A DNA stretch of 64,000 bases, from positions 1-64,000 of IMG/VR virus record IMGVR_UViG_3300037258_000147, one strand, 5' to 3'. Numbering within the stretch: the first letter of the stretch is position 1; the number at the start of each line of letters is the position of its first letter. This DNA comes from a virus. The notes beneath the pieces were generated by a model. That model ran no database searches. It worked only from the letters and a program-made list of their open reading frames with translations, and had not been told where the DNA came from. The position numbers and the translations under genes were made by a program. Shown one piece after another: positions 30,454 to 38,991 of the stretch.

Positions 30454-30482
30454 ATTGTACCACCGTTTATTTAATTTGTCAA
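30454..30482 (-). promoter_or_regulatory. sigma70-type promoter
   Basis: TTGACA-N17-TACAAT; a second TGTGGTACAAT lies at about 30396-30406. Confidence 0.7.
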
Positions 30483-30593
30483 CTTTTTAAGACTCCGCCA
30501 TGAAAAGGAAGCGGCGCAAAACTGTCCAGAAAATGGACAAATCTTTGGGACTGAACCGCTCGGTCTAACATTTCTTGGCCGCCGGGGCCGAGT

Positions 30594-31073
30594 TCATTTA
30601 CTTTTCCTTTTGGCGGGCTTCTTCTTTACTTTCTTAGGCTTACCGTAATATATTGCAGTGGTATTAGGTAAACTCGCGGACGTGGTTACTGCTGCGTGGG
30701 ATACTGGCATATTCCTCCTTCTGATATCATCTATCTGGTGTTTTCCAATCCCGGTGTATCTCCAGTACAAATACGAGATATTGAAAGCTGGATCGAAATC
30801 GGCGTACCCTATCCAACTGGTTATTTGCGGGTAAGCACTTTGGGATGTGTACTGCCTGCGTTCGAATTGCAGTAAAATATTGTTCGGAGGAAACGAATAC
30901 TGGTATTCGTGCCAATCATTTTCGTCCATTTGCCGGGGGTTTAGGGCAGTTGATAAGTATTGGCCGACTGTCAAAAGACCTGTTTCCCCGAAGAGCGAGG
31001 ACAGGCTACTGGCGTATCCGAAAGCGTTTAACTGCTGCTGTTGGCCACACATTGGGTCGTATCCTTGATACAT
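30594..31073 (-). CDS. hypothetical protein
   Basis: MYQGYDP start after AGGAGG; basic C-terminus. Confidence 0.5.
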   Translation of the reverse strand: MYQGYDPMCGQQQQLNAFGYASSLSSLFGETGLLTVGQYLSTALNPRQMDENDWHEYQYSFPPNNILLQFERRQYTSQSAYPQITSWIGYADFDPAFNISYLYWRYTGIGKHQIDDIRRRNMPVSHAAVTTSASLPNTTAIYYGKPKKVKKKPAKRKSK

Positions 31074-31483
31074 TACGCAGCCTCCTTTTGGAGGTCTATC
31101 CAATCAGCTATTTTCCGAAGTTCTTCTGGATTGGCGTCCGCTTTAATCCTATTGGCACGAAAAGAAATGATAGAAATATTACCTTTTACATACCCTAGAT
31201 TCGGGTCGAGTCGATCCACACTCGGAGAATTTTCGTGATAACCTTTTCCGCCTCGTTCTAATTTGACCCCGAATATGGGACAGTATTCTGGGATGATAAA
31301 ATCTTCTGGTTCCAGATTAAATTCTAATCCTAATTTCTTGGCTCGGGACTTGCAGACGTTCCGAAGATAAGTCCCGGGGTTGTCTATGTAGTATTGCTTC
31401 TGTCTGGCCGCATATTTTGGCTTGTTGTTGCGGCGATGTCTACGAACTTTTTCACGTTCTTGCTCCGGGTCTTTGTATGGCAT
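31073..31483 (-). CDS. HNH homing endonuclease
   Basis: RAKKLGLEFNL...CPIFG...PSVDRLDPNLGYVKGNISIISFRANRIK; own TGTGGTATAAT promoter near 31562-31572. Confidence 0.85.
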   Translation of the reverse strand: MPYKDPEQEREKVRRHRRNNKPKYAARQKQYYIDNPGTYLRNVCKSRAKKLGLEFNLEPEDFIIPEYCPIFGVKLERGGKGYHENSPSVDRLDPNLGYVKGNISIISFRANRIKADANPEELRKIADWIDLQKEAA

Positions 31484-31617
31484 TTTATCCTCATCTGATC
31501 ATGAGGTTTTGGGACGACGGATCAGCGCCGTCCCATTACCTTTTATTTTGAATTCAAGTACATTATACCACAGAAATCTGTGGAAAACAACTTAAATTCA
31601 AATTATTTTTTCAAAGC

Positions 31618-34007
31618 TTACGAGGAACTCGTTTCGCTCTGAAGTCTACGCAGGGTCATGGTACTGCCCGGACGCAGCGTGTTGGTGTAGCGACTTCTTG
31701 TTACCTTCCGTTGTTTTCGGACGGGATCGATCATTTCTGTCGATCTCTTGCAGTTTCTTTTCCTGCAAGAACGGACTATTGCATCGCCTTTCGGCGTCTC
31801 TTCGCTTAGTCTCTCACGGTCCCTTTCGGGTTCCGCCTCGTTCCCATTTCAGGATTCGAGTCAATCAGAAGAGATTTAGACAACGCTGGCTATCAACGTT
31901 GTAGGAAACCCATCCGCCAATTTGACGGGCTGGATCGCTTACGCTTCCTTGTTCTGGTGCTGACTGAATAACGCTTTTGTTACTTCGTCCACAAAATGGA
32001 CAAGGGCAAATCATTTCTGTTTGCCTCCCTATGTCACCATAGGGGCCGGAGCACATCATAATCCACTTGGGATTCCTCGTCTATGCTCTCTACACATTTA
32101 CCAACCTTGCGGTCGGATTTAGCTCGGTATTGTCTCAGGGAGAGTTCCACCGAATTAGCGAGGTTATTCAAGAATCATTGCTGATTCAGGCTGCTTTTCT
32201 TGACGAATACAGTTTGTAGTTTTTGGAACCATCTTCTGGGTTTTTGCCCAGGAACACGGAGAAGATCGCGTCGTCTCCAAATATATAAGTGTTATAGTAC
32301 GTGTTTCCACTTATTGTTACTGTCGGCGCAGTTGAAGTCTGCTTGAAGGTTACGCCCGCGAACGAAATAACATCATCGTTCTTAGGCAGTTCAAACAGCA
32401 TGTTGTTCATTGACGGGTCACGCTTTAGGATATCCGTCAGACCGTTGTAAGAAGTATCGTTCAATACGTCTCTTACTACGTTCGGGTGAATGATCCCGCC
32501 AAATTTTCCGTCAACCAATGGCCGAGCATTGACACTGACTAGGGATTGTGCCGCACTACGAATGTTATTCGCAGTTAGGTACGAGCCGTTTGCCAGTTGG
32601 ATATTGACTAGCGTATCGACCGCGACAGCCGAGTCCGCCGTTAGTTGGACAAGGGTGTTGAGGGTGAGTGCTAGTCTGTAGTTTAGTTCGTTTGCCAGAT
32701 TCTGTAGCAAACCCGGGTCGTCGATGGCAACGTCAAGAGCCAAATCTGAGGAGTTAATAAAGTCAGCGTACTGACCAATTGTAGCCACAATTTTGGTGCT
32801 TGATTCTGAGATCGGCGATCCTACGGTACCTTCAGCCGCTTGGTTAATGTTGGCTGCTAGGAGCGAGTAGGTGTAGAACTGAATCTGGTTGCCCTGACGA
32901 AGCGGCAACGGACGCTGCTTTGTCATGCTCAAAAACGGCGTCTGGGCTTTTAGGTTGGGGGTAGCTTCACGTTCAACAATGTGTTTTAGCCGCCAACATC
33001 TCTGTTGGGGCGTTCTGCATATCACTATGCAGTTCAGACTGTGTCTTCAACTTTTTCAAAGCAATAAGCCTTAGATAGATTTCTTCTCTTTGTTCGGGGC
33101 AATGTTTTTTATGTCCCAATCTTATGTATTCCACAGCAGCTAAAGCCTCTTCTCTTTTCACTACAAGATACGGAAGAGTATTTAGAAAAAACTGTTCAAT
33201 ATGGAGTTTGTTAAAAAGACTCCAAGAATAACAATTTCTTTTTCCTTTTGATCTTACATCTCCGCCGTAGACTTCTTTGCAAGAGTCTAATATGGAACGA
33301 TCATTATTAGCTATGGTCAAAATCAGATGATAACAAATTACATTCCGACTGAGAGTTTTGTTCACTCGGATGCAACCTTCACCATCGAAGAAACCGGCAA
33401 TATAGGCTGGCTCTGCTTTAATATAATTGCTGTTCGTTTCAGTCGTTACGGACCCGTGTTGCTTTAGTTCTTTGAGTTGTTTAGCAACTCCGGTTTTCTG
33501 TTCCTCGGACAGACTGTCCTTGGTCTCGATAAACCGCATTAGAACTTCGGCTTGCTCCCTTTTATATTTCAAATAGGGCAGAATAGTTTTGAGGAAATCA
33601 ACAACGGTGGGAAAGGACTGGAGATACCAAATATACCAGTCTTCCCCTGCTTTGTTGTTTACATTTCTGGAAAAACTTCCTCCGAAATGTAAAACCAGCC
33701 ACTGCATTACCGCCCTTGATTTATTGCTTACATAAACCTTGGGTTCGTAGTAGGTTTTGATCCCTCGTTTGCGGGTGGCGATTCTTGCGCAGCCTTCTGC
33801 GTCAAAAAGCCCAGCCATATAACTCTTTGTTTTCTCTTTCACGGTTTCCTCGGTGTTTTCTGATGCTTTAATATTACCACACCTGATAATATTTGTCAAC
33901 CAGATTTTCGCCGATTTAGAACAGTTTTGATTCACCAAGTTTTAGTGAATTGCAACTAAGTTAGGAAGCGCCCCGGACGTTACTATGGATGCAGGAGAGT
34001 AACTCAT
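31618..34007 (-). CDS. major capsid protein (N4-gp56-like), 4 exons: 34007-33944, 32976-32209, 31971-31896, 31693-31618; 327 aa
   Basis: manual splicing gives MSYSPAS...VAIH-F-EREATPNLKAQTPF...LPLRQGNQIQF...GQYADF...NYKL-F-IQSAPEQ...GWVSYN-V-RYTN...*; follows the scaffold gene; AAGGAG RBS. Confidence 0.88.
31694..31895 (-). mobile_element. group I intron 3 of capsid gene (202 nt, no ORF)
   Basis: P1 CAACGT/GCGTTG; GTGAGAGACTAA...GCAATAGTCC core; GNRA loops; removal restores frame. Confidence 0.85.
31972..32208 (-). mobile_element. group I intron 2 of capsid gene (237 nt, no ORF)
   Basis: P1 CTGT/GCAG with U.G; GTAGAGAGC...GATGTGCTC variant P7; removal restores frame. Confidence 0.8.
32973..33842 (-). 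CDS. double-motif LAGLIDADG homing endonuclease
   Basis: YMAGLFDAEG and YIAGFFDGEG; GAGG RBS + GTG 33842; TTGACA-N17-TAATAT promoter inside the intron. Confidence 0.9.
   Translation of the reverse strand: MKEKTKSYMAGLFDAEGCARIATRKRGIKTYYEPKVYVSNKSRAVMQWLVLHFGGSFSRNVNNKAGEDWYIWYLQSFPTVVDFLKTILPYLKYKREQAEVLMRFIETKDSLSEEQKTGVAKQLKELKQHGSVTTETNSNYIKAEPAYIAGFFDGEGCIRVNKTLSRNVICYHLILTIANNDRSILDSCKEVYGGDVRSKGKRNCYSWSLFNKLHIEQFFLNTLPYLVVKREEALAAVEYIRLGHKKHCPEQREEIYLRLIALKKLKTQSELHSDMQNAPTEMLAAKTHC
32977..33943 (-). mobile_element. group I intron 1 of capsid gene (967 nt) carrying a LAGLIDADG ORF
   Basis: P1 TTCACT/GGTGAA with U.G at the splice site; CGTAACGACTGA and AAGACACAGTC core (P7) elements; terminal G. 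Confidence 0.85.
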
Positions 34008-34024
34008 GGTTACTCCTTTGTTGT

Positions 34025-35158
34025 TTAGTTAGAGCGCCGACCTTGCACTTTCTGTCTGCGAACGCCTTGATATAAAGCTTTTATCTGGGCATCGCTCAGA
34101 GAATCTAGGTCCTCGGCTGAGGGCGCGTTTTCGGTTGAGGGCGGTGCGACGGGTGTTACGTCCGACGACCTCAATCCTAACGCCGCTCTCGGGCGCGTCT
34201 CCGTTCGAACAATCCGTTCGTTCGTGGGGCGCGGCGCAGGTTCCGGTTCTGAAGACGGGACCGGCGGAGTTCTCGGGGGTTTGGGAAGTTTGACCAGCAA
34301 ATCATCGCTGCTCAAGTCTTCGAAAGCCTCCTCAATACTTTCTACTGTCCAATTACCAGTAGCAACTAAGCGGTCGAAGGTGGCGTTTTCTTCACCTTTC
34401 TTCACGATTTCACTTAGTTTAAACTTAGAAATCCATCTTACTATCGACTTGAAGTTTTCCCACTGGGGGTCTGGGTAGTAGTCTGGATTGTTTTCAATAA
34501 ATGATTTGGTAGCAGATTCCGCTTGCATTTGAGCTAAAGCATAGGTGCTTTTTTCTGCGGATTGCTGGGTCGTGCTAACCAGTTGTTGGAGAGTAAGTCC
34601 AGTTTTCTTTTGGAACCAGTTCTCCATGGCTAAGTCCGGATTATCTCCCAATTGGGTTTTAATCTCGAAAATTTCATCGGCTGACAGAACTCGATTTATC
34701 GGAAGCGGAACCGGCGGGGGGGTTGGTACCGTTTTTACTGGACTTCCTAGTTTAATCTGCTTGTTCTGTTCCCGAATCTTGTTGGTTGCGTTTATCTGGG
34801 CTTTTGCCAAGCTGGACAGCAATAACTCGTTTTTGGTCTTGCCCCAGTAAACCTGAGGATTTCCTCCAGCAGAACCAACTACTGTTAACTTCCACTGACC
34901 TTTTTCCTTTTCGAGAGTCGCGGTTCCGCCGTCAAACTCTACTGTCTCCGGGCTTTCATCTGGCGGAGGCGGCGGCGGTTCAGGATCGGAGGAAGGAGCT
35001 ACCGGCTGTCTGACAACCTCGGGTTCCAAAACTGGGTGGGGGTCTAAAGTCAGGTCCGGGTCTATTTCATCTAGTCTAGAGCTACTGAAATCTACGTGGG
35101 TAAAGGGGTCGGGATTACCGTTGGCGTCTAATAGCCATTGGTCTATTGTTGCTGGCAT
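34025..35158 (-). CDS. putative capsid scaffolding protein
   Basis: directly upstream of the capsid gene; acidic/Pro-rich; C-terminal DLDSLSDAQIKAL helix. Confidence 0.65.
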   Translation of the reverse strand: MPATIDQWLLDANGNPDPFTHVDFSSSRLDEIDPDLTLDPHPVLEPEVVRQPVAPSSDPEPPPPPPDESPETVEFDGGTATLEKEKGQWKLTVVGSAGGNPQVYWGKTKNELLLSSLAKAQINATNKIREQNKQIKLGSPVKTVPTPPPVPLPINRVLSADEIFEIKTQLGDNPDLAMENWFQKKTGLTLQQLVSTTQQSAEKSTYALAQMQAESATKSFIENNPDYYPDPQWENFKSIVRWISKFKLSEIVKKGEENATFDRLVATGNWTVESIEEAFEDLSSDDLLVKLPKPPRTPPVPSSEPEPAPRPTNERIVRTETRPRAALGLRSSDVTPVAPPSTENAPSAEDLDSLSDAQIKALYQGVRRQKVQGRRSN

Positions 35159-35311
35159 TTCGTTCTCCTACTCACAATCCGTGAGAGCGGGTTATTTTGT
35201 TCCTAGGTTTTATCCACAAAATGGACTAGTAGTTTTGATGTATTTGATAGCTTGGAATTGTTGTTATTACCGGTGGACTATAATAAGGGTCGAACCTTCA
35301 AAACATGCCAC

Positions 35312-35665
35312 TTATATACCCATCGCTTTCGCTACGTCTGTTGCTTCGCTTAGATTATAGAGATACCGCTGAAATTCTGGGCTTGGGTGTTCTACGAATT
35401 CGACGGCCTTTGGTAAATCTTCTTTGAACTTTCTTAGGAATTCATCTAGGGCGTGTACGGCTGCGTGCGCCCCAATTACCCCAGGGTCTCCGGGCGGTAG
35501 CCTGCGATAAGCTAAATCTATGTCATTGACGTACTGTTCTACGAATTCTACTAAATCTGGCCAAGCGGGAGATACAACAACCCCACGCATCTTGCGTCCG
35601 AATTCGTATAATTCAAAGTCCTGCTCACCTTGCTCTAAAGAAATTTCGTCTAGTTTAGTTGACAT
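35312..35665 (-). CDS. small head-assembly-associated protein
   Basis: SPAWPDLVEF...helical; between portal and scaffold. Confidence 0.55.
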   Translation of the reverse strand: MSTKLDEISLEQGEQDFELYEFGRKMRGVVVSPAWPDLVEFVEQYVNDIDLAYRRLPPGDPGVIGAHAAVHALDEFLRKFKEDLPKAVEFVEHPSPEFQRYLYNLSEATDVAKAMGI

Positions 35666-35864
35666 TCAAACCCCCAAAGACGTGATCTAGATTAACTATG
35701 TTGGGGCCTTGCGGGGGTTTTGAAGGTGAAAAATTTCCGGGCTTCTTATTCAGGAACCGTCCAGTTTCGTTAAGTAACTTGGTAAGTTCTTCGTCGGACA
35801 GGTTGTCGTATTCCGTGCCGGGGATTGCGTTTGCTTTGGTGATGAAATTAGGCTGGTTAGACAT
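35655..35864 (-). CDS. hypothetical protein
   Basis: ORF track. Confidence 0.5.
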   Translation of the reverse strand: MSNQPNFITKANAIPGTEYDNLSDEELTKLLNETGRFLNKKPGNFSPSKPPQGPNIVNLDHVFGGLNVN

Positions 35865-36017
35865 CTAGGCCGATCTCCCGTTTAGGTCGTCCCTAGTATC
35901 TACCCACGGATCGTATGCTCCATTTGAGGCTCTCTTTTTGCGCTGTTTAAACCAATTATTTATTCTACTGACTAGAATGTTAAATTTGAATTTCCACGTG
36001 TTGAACCACTTCTTCAT
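35865..36017 (-). CDS. small basic protein (50 aa)
   Basis: MKKWFNTWKFKFNILV...; GAGGTG RBS. Confidence 0.45.
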   Translation of the reverse strand: MKKWFNTWKFKFNILVSRINNWFKQRKKRASNGAYDPWVDTRDDLNGRSA

Positions 36018-36088
36018 TCTTTCACCTCTACCGTAATCCACGGTGACGGGTTATTTTGTCCACAAAACGGACGGTTTAGTTTTTTAGA

Positions 36089-38176
36089 TTAAACGAGAGA
36101 GCCGAACCCGCCAGAAGCGGACGGCGCTCCTGTCAAATCCTGCGGGGCTACTGATGCCTTGAAGCCCTCCCTCAAAACGTCTCTTGCCGCTCTCGCAACA
36201 TTTTCTGAGTCGGCTTGTTGTTCTTGTATCTGAGACCTTTGAGCCAACAGTTGCTGTTGTTGCTGGAACTTCTGTTCGTTTACTCCGCCTTGAGATTGCT
36301 GCTGCTGCCTTTGTTTATCTTCGTCCGTCATTGGTACAATAATGTCGTGGAAGTTTTTCATTTCAGCGGCTTCGAACCAGTTCCGGATAATCTCATCTAC
36401 ATTGACTTTCTTGCCTTCGATTGCTAGTTGTTCTACAATAGACGGCTGAGAAAGAAATTGAGTCAATTGGGGGAGGGCCTGAACCATAATCCGGCGAACC
36501 TGCATCTTGGACCCCGCCAGAATATCAAACTTTACTCTAGCGTTTAAGATGTCTAATAAGTCTCCAGGTTTACCTTCTTCATCTAAATACTCATGCTTTA
36601 GTTCGTCAGACATGACGTAGTTTAATTGGGACTCTGGCAACATAGCCCGATTCATTTCCTGAAATTCATATAGCATTGGAACTATAACTTGGTTCGCAAG
36701 TTTGTCCACGAAATCGGAAATCGGGTTGTAAGCACCTTGTAACAGTCCTTGAGCGCCCGCAGAACTTCTAGCTAGATTCGAGTGTCCGGACGACCCAGCT
36801 TGTCCCATAGAACTAATTGGGTTCGCGCCAGATACAGTTTCTACTCTGCCCTGGGACCAGCCTATTAAGGCTCCGGCCTCGGGGACTGGTGCTGGTCTGC
36901 CTAATGGCGCTAAGTCTCCTTGAGAGTCTACTTGAATAATTTTACCAGGACCGATGCGAATATTCTGGGTAGGAATACTCTTTCCACGGACCTGTACAAG
37001 CGGGGTATTTAAAGCAAGAGAAGCGTTGTCAATAATAAGATGGGTGATACCAGTTTGAAGTCTTTGCTCCGCCCCAATCGTGCGCCCGAGACCCAAAGAC
37101 CAGAAAGCTCCTGGGATGTCCCACCATCCGACAGAGAGAAACGGGATTTTCCCGTAAATATTTTTGTCGTTGTAGATTACAAGTTTTTTCTGTAAGGCTA
37201 TTATATAAGTGTTGTTATCCCAACGTTCTAAAACCTCTAGGGGTTTTTGTAACGGATCGGCGGTGGTTTCTTCCCAACGAGGTTCTGCCCGGGCTTCCCA
37301 TAAAGGATTCCTAGAGCCATCTTCAGACACGTTTGATTCTACAGGTTCCTGAGGCGGCAAGAATAATTTTAGTAAGTCGTCTTTGGAAGGAATTGTATAG
37401 CCGGGGCGGTCCCGGAGCTTGTCTAAATCCTCCCACGTCATGTACCGGCGGCGGATAACATATTTTGCCTTGCGGATATCAGGCACATTAAGGCCGGGGT
37501 CTACTAAGACCTCCCGCATGTTTACAATGTGCTCAAATATAGGCCGGTCTACTACTTCTTCAATTACTTCTTCTTCTAATTCCCCAGAAGACAGTCTGGT
37601 TGGGGGAGTGCCAGGAACTAAACTCGGAACTGTCGCAGTAGGAGTTTTACGCTTGATTATTTTCCGTTCTTTAGTAAACTTTTCCCAGCCCCATTGGAAT
37701 AACGCCGTGCCGAATAACAAGCAGTTTCTCGTCCCAAGGACCATTTCTGTCCGGAAATCTATATCGTCTAGTTGATAACCTAATAAAGCAGAAACAGCCC
37801 GGGCAGCCTGAGAACTAGTTCCTGGTCTTTCTTGGGTAACGAACGGAGGATTTTCATAAAACAATCCGGACATTACTTGCGGTACAATACCGTTTACTGA
37901 AGTAGCTACTGTGAAAAACGGGATACTAGCTGCTTCTGTGGTTGTTCCGGGCCAGCAGCGGGGGCTGTTCGGGCTTTCGTAAAGAAATCGACTCGCACTC
38001 CAGCTTAAAATCCAGGCTTTTGTGTTCTCGGCTTGCTCCGCTCTTTGAGCGTCCTGGACCACCAATTTCAAAGCAGGCGAGTCTTCTTCCCAATAGCCGA
38101 CGTGCATCCGAGAAATTGCCTCAGATGGCGTGATATCCATATTAGGGTTTATCTTCGGTTCAGGGAGTATTGACAT
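36089..38176 (-). CDS. portal protein (podovirus-type)
   Basis: 695 aa near TerL; CLLFGTALFQWGW, IPF...GAFWSLGLG, IDNASLALN, GPGKII; Q-rich tail. Confidence 0.85.
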   Translation of the reverse strand: MSILPEPKINPNMDITPSEAISRMHVGYWEEDSPALKLVVQDAQRAEQAENTKAWILSWSASRFLYESPNSPRCWPGTTTEAASIPFFTVATSVNGIVPQVMSGLFYENPPFVTQERPGTSSQAARAVSALLGYQLDDIDFRTEMVLGTRNCLLFGTALFQWGWEKFTKERKIIKRKTPTATVPSLVPGTPPTRLSSGELEEEVIEEVVDRPIFEHIVNMREVLVDPGLNVPDIRKAKYVIRRRYMTWEDLDKLRDRPGYTIPSKDDLLKLFLPPQEPVESNVSEDGSRNPLWEARAEPRWEETTADPLQKPLEVLERWDNNTYIIALQKKLVIYNDKNIYGKIPFLSVGWWDIPGAFWSLGLGRTIGAEQRLQTGITHLIIDNASLALNTPLVQVRGKSIPTQNIRIGPGKIIQVDSQGDLAPLGRPAPVPEAGALIGWSQGRVETVSGANPISSMGQAGSSGHSNLARSSAGAQGLLQGAYNPISDFVDKLANQVIVPMLYEFQEMNRAMLPESQLNYVMSDELKHEYLDEEGKPGDLLDILNARVKFDILAGSKMQVRRIMVQALPQLTQFLSQPSIVEQLAIEGKKVNVDEIIRNWFEAAEMKNFHDIIVPMTDEDKQRQQQQSQGGVNEQKFQQQQQLLAQRSQIQEQQADSENVARAARDVLREGFKASVAPQDLTGAPSASGGFGSLV

Positions 38177-38321
38177 TTATCTTCCGTGTGGTACAATGGG
38201 TTCTCAGTCAATCAGACTTGGTGGCTTCGATTTCAGAACTTACCGATAAGGTTCTCGGGTATTGGTGCGCCCCACTCCCTTGTCACGGAGACATTCTGAA
38301 GAGATTATCCATAAAATGGAC

Positions 38322-38660
38322 TCAATAAGTCTGCATCATGGAGTTCGGCTCCATTTGACCTGTCTCGCAATTGATGCTTCCCTTGATCGAGAGTGCGGAC
38401 CCGCCGACTCCCTCACCTTTGTTCTTCATAACCGGAAAATCGGCTTTGCCCCAGACGGACGGGGTTTGGTCCCCGGAGTCTTGGGTGTGCATTGGACCTT
38501 CTTGGGACTCGGTTTGCTTGACTAGCTGTCCAGCGCCTGAGGATTCTCCGGCGGACCCTGAAGGACCGACTGCGGGGAAATCAGTTGCTTTTGCGTAACG
38601 AGGGGATTCTAGATTGCCCCCTAAAGAAATAAGACCGCCCATTTTTGATTCGGTGTTCAT
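38322..38660 (-). CDS. hypothetical protein
   Basis: ORF track; GAGG RBS. Confidence 0.55.
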   Translation of the reverse strand: MNTESKMGGLISLGGNLESPRYAKATDFPAVGPSGSAGESSGAGQLVKQTESQEGPMHTQDSGDQTPSVWGKADFPVMKNKGEGVGGSALSIKGSINCETGQMEPNSMMQTY

Positions 38661-38664
38661 TTTG

Positions 38665-38991
38665 TTAACCTCTTGGAATTAGTGCGGGCGGTAATGCCCG
38701 ATTTTCGGATTGTGTCGGAGCAGACGTGCTCCACGGGGGAGTAAAACTTTGTCCATTTAATGGACTTGCTGCTGGTTTCCAACCATTTGGTTTATCTACT
38801 CTAACGTGCGGCTGGACAGTGATTCTGAATAATTCGTAAGTCCCGGTATTTTCGTTGTCAGAATTTTGTGGCATTTTGCTTACAAATCTCTGCCCGGTAG
38901 GAACGTTCCACGAACTTGGAGTCGAGGCATCGGCCCAATGATCGGACAAAACCTCTCCGTTGTCTTCTAGTATCTGTAGGTGGATTTTCAT
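38665..38991 (-). CDS. hypothetical protein
   Basis: ORF abuts the TerL stop. Confidence 0.55.
   Translation of the reverse strand: MKIHLQILEDNGEVLSDHWADASTPSSWNVPTGQRFVSKMPQNSDNENTGTYELFRITVQPHVRVDKPNGWKPAASPLNGQSFTPPWSTSAPTQSENRALPPALIPRG

Noticed and set aside
32186-33025. 279-aa ORF as the complete capsid protein
   Set aside because: Its first ~17 and last ~7 residues are intron sequence; the true start and end lie in other exons.
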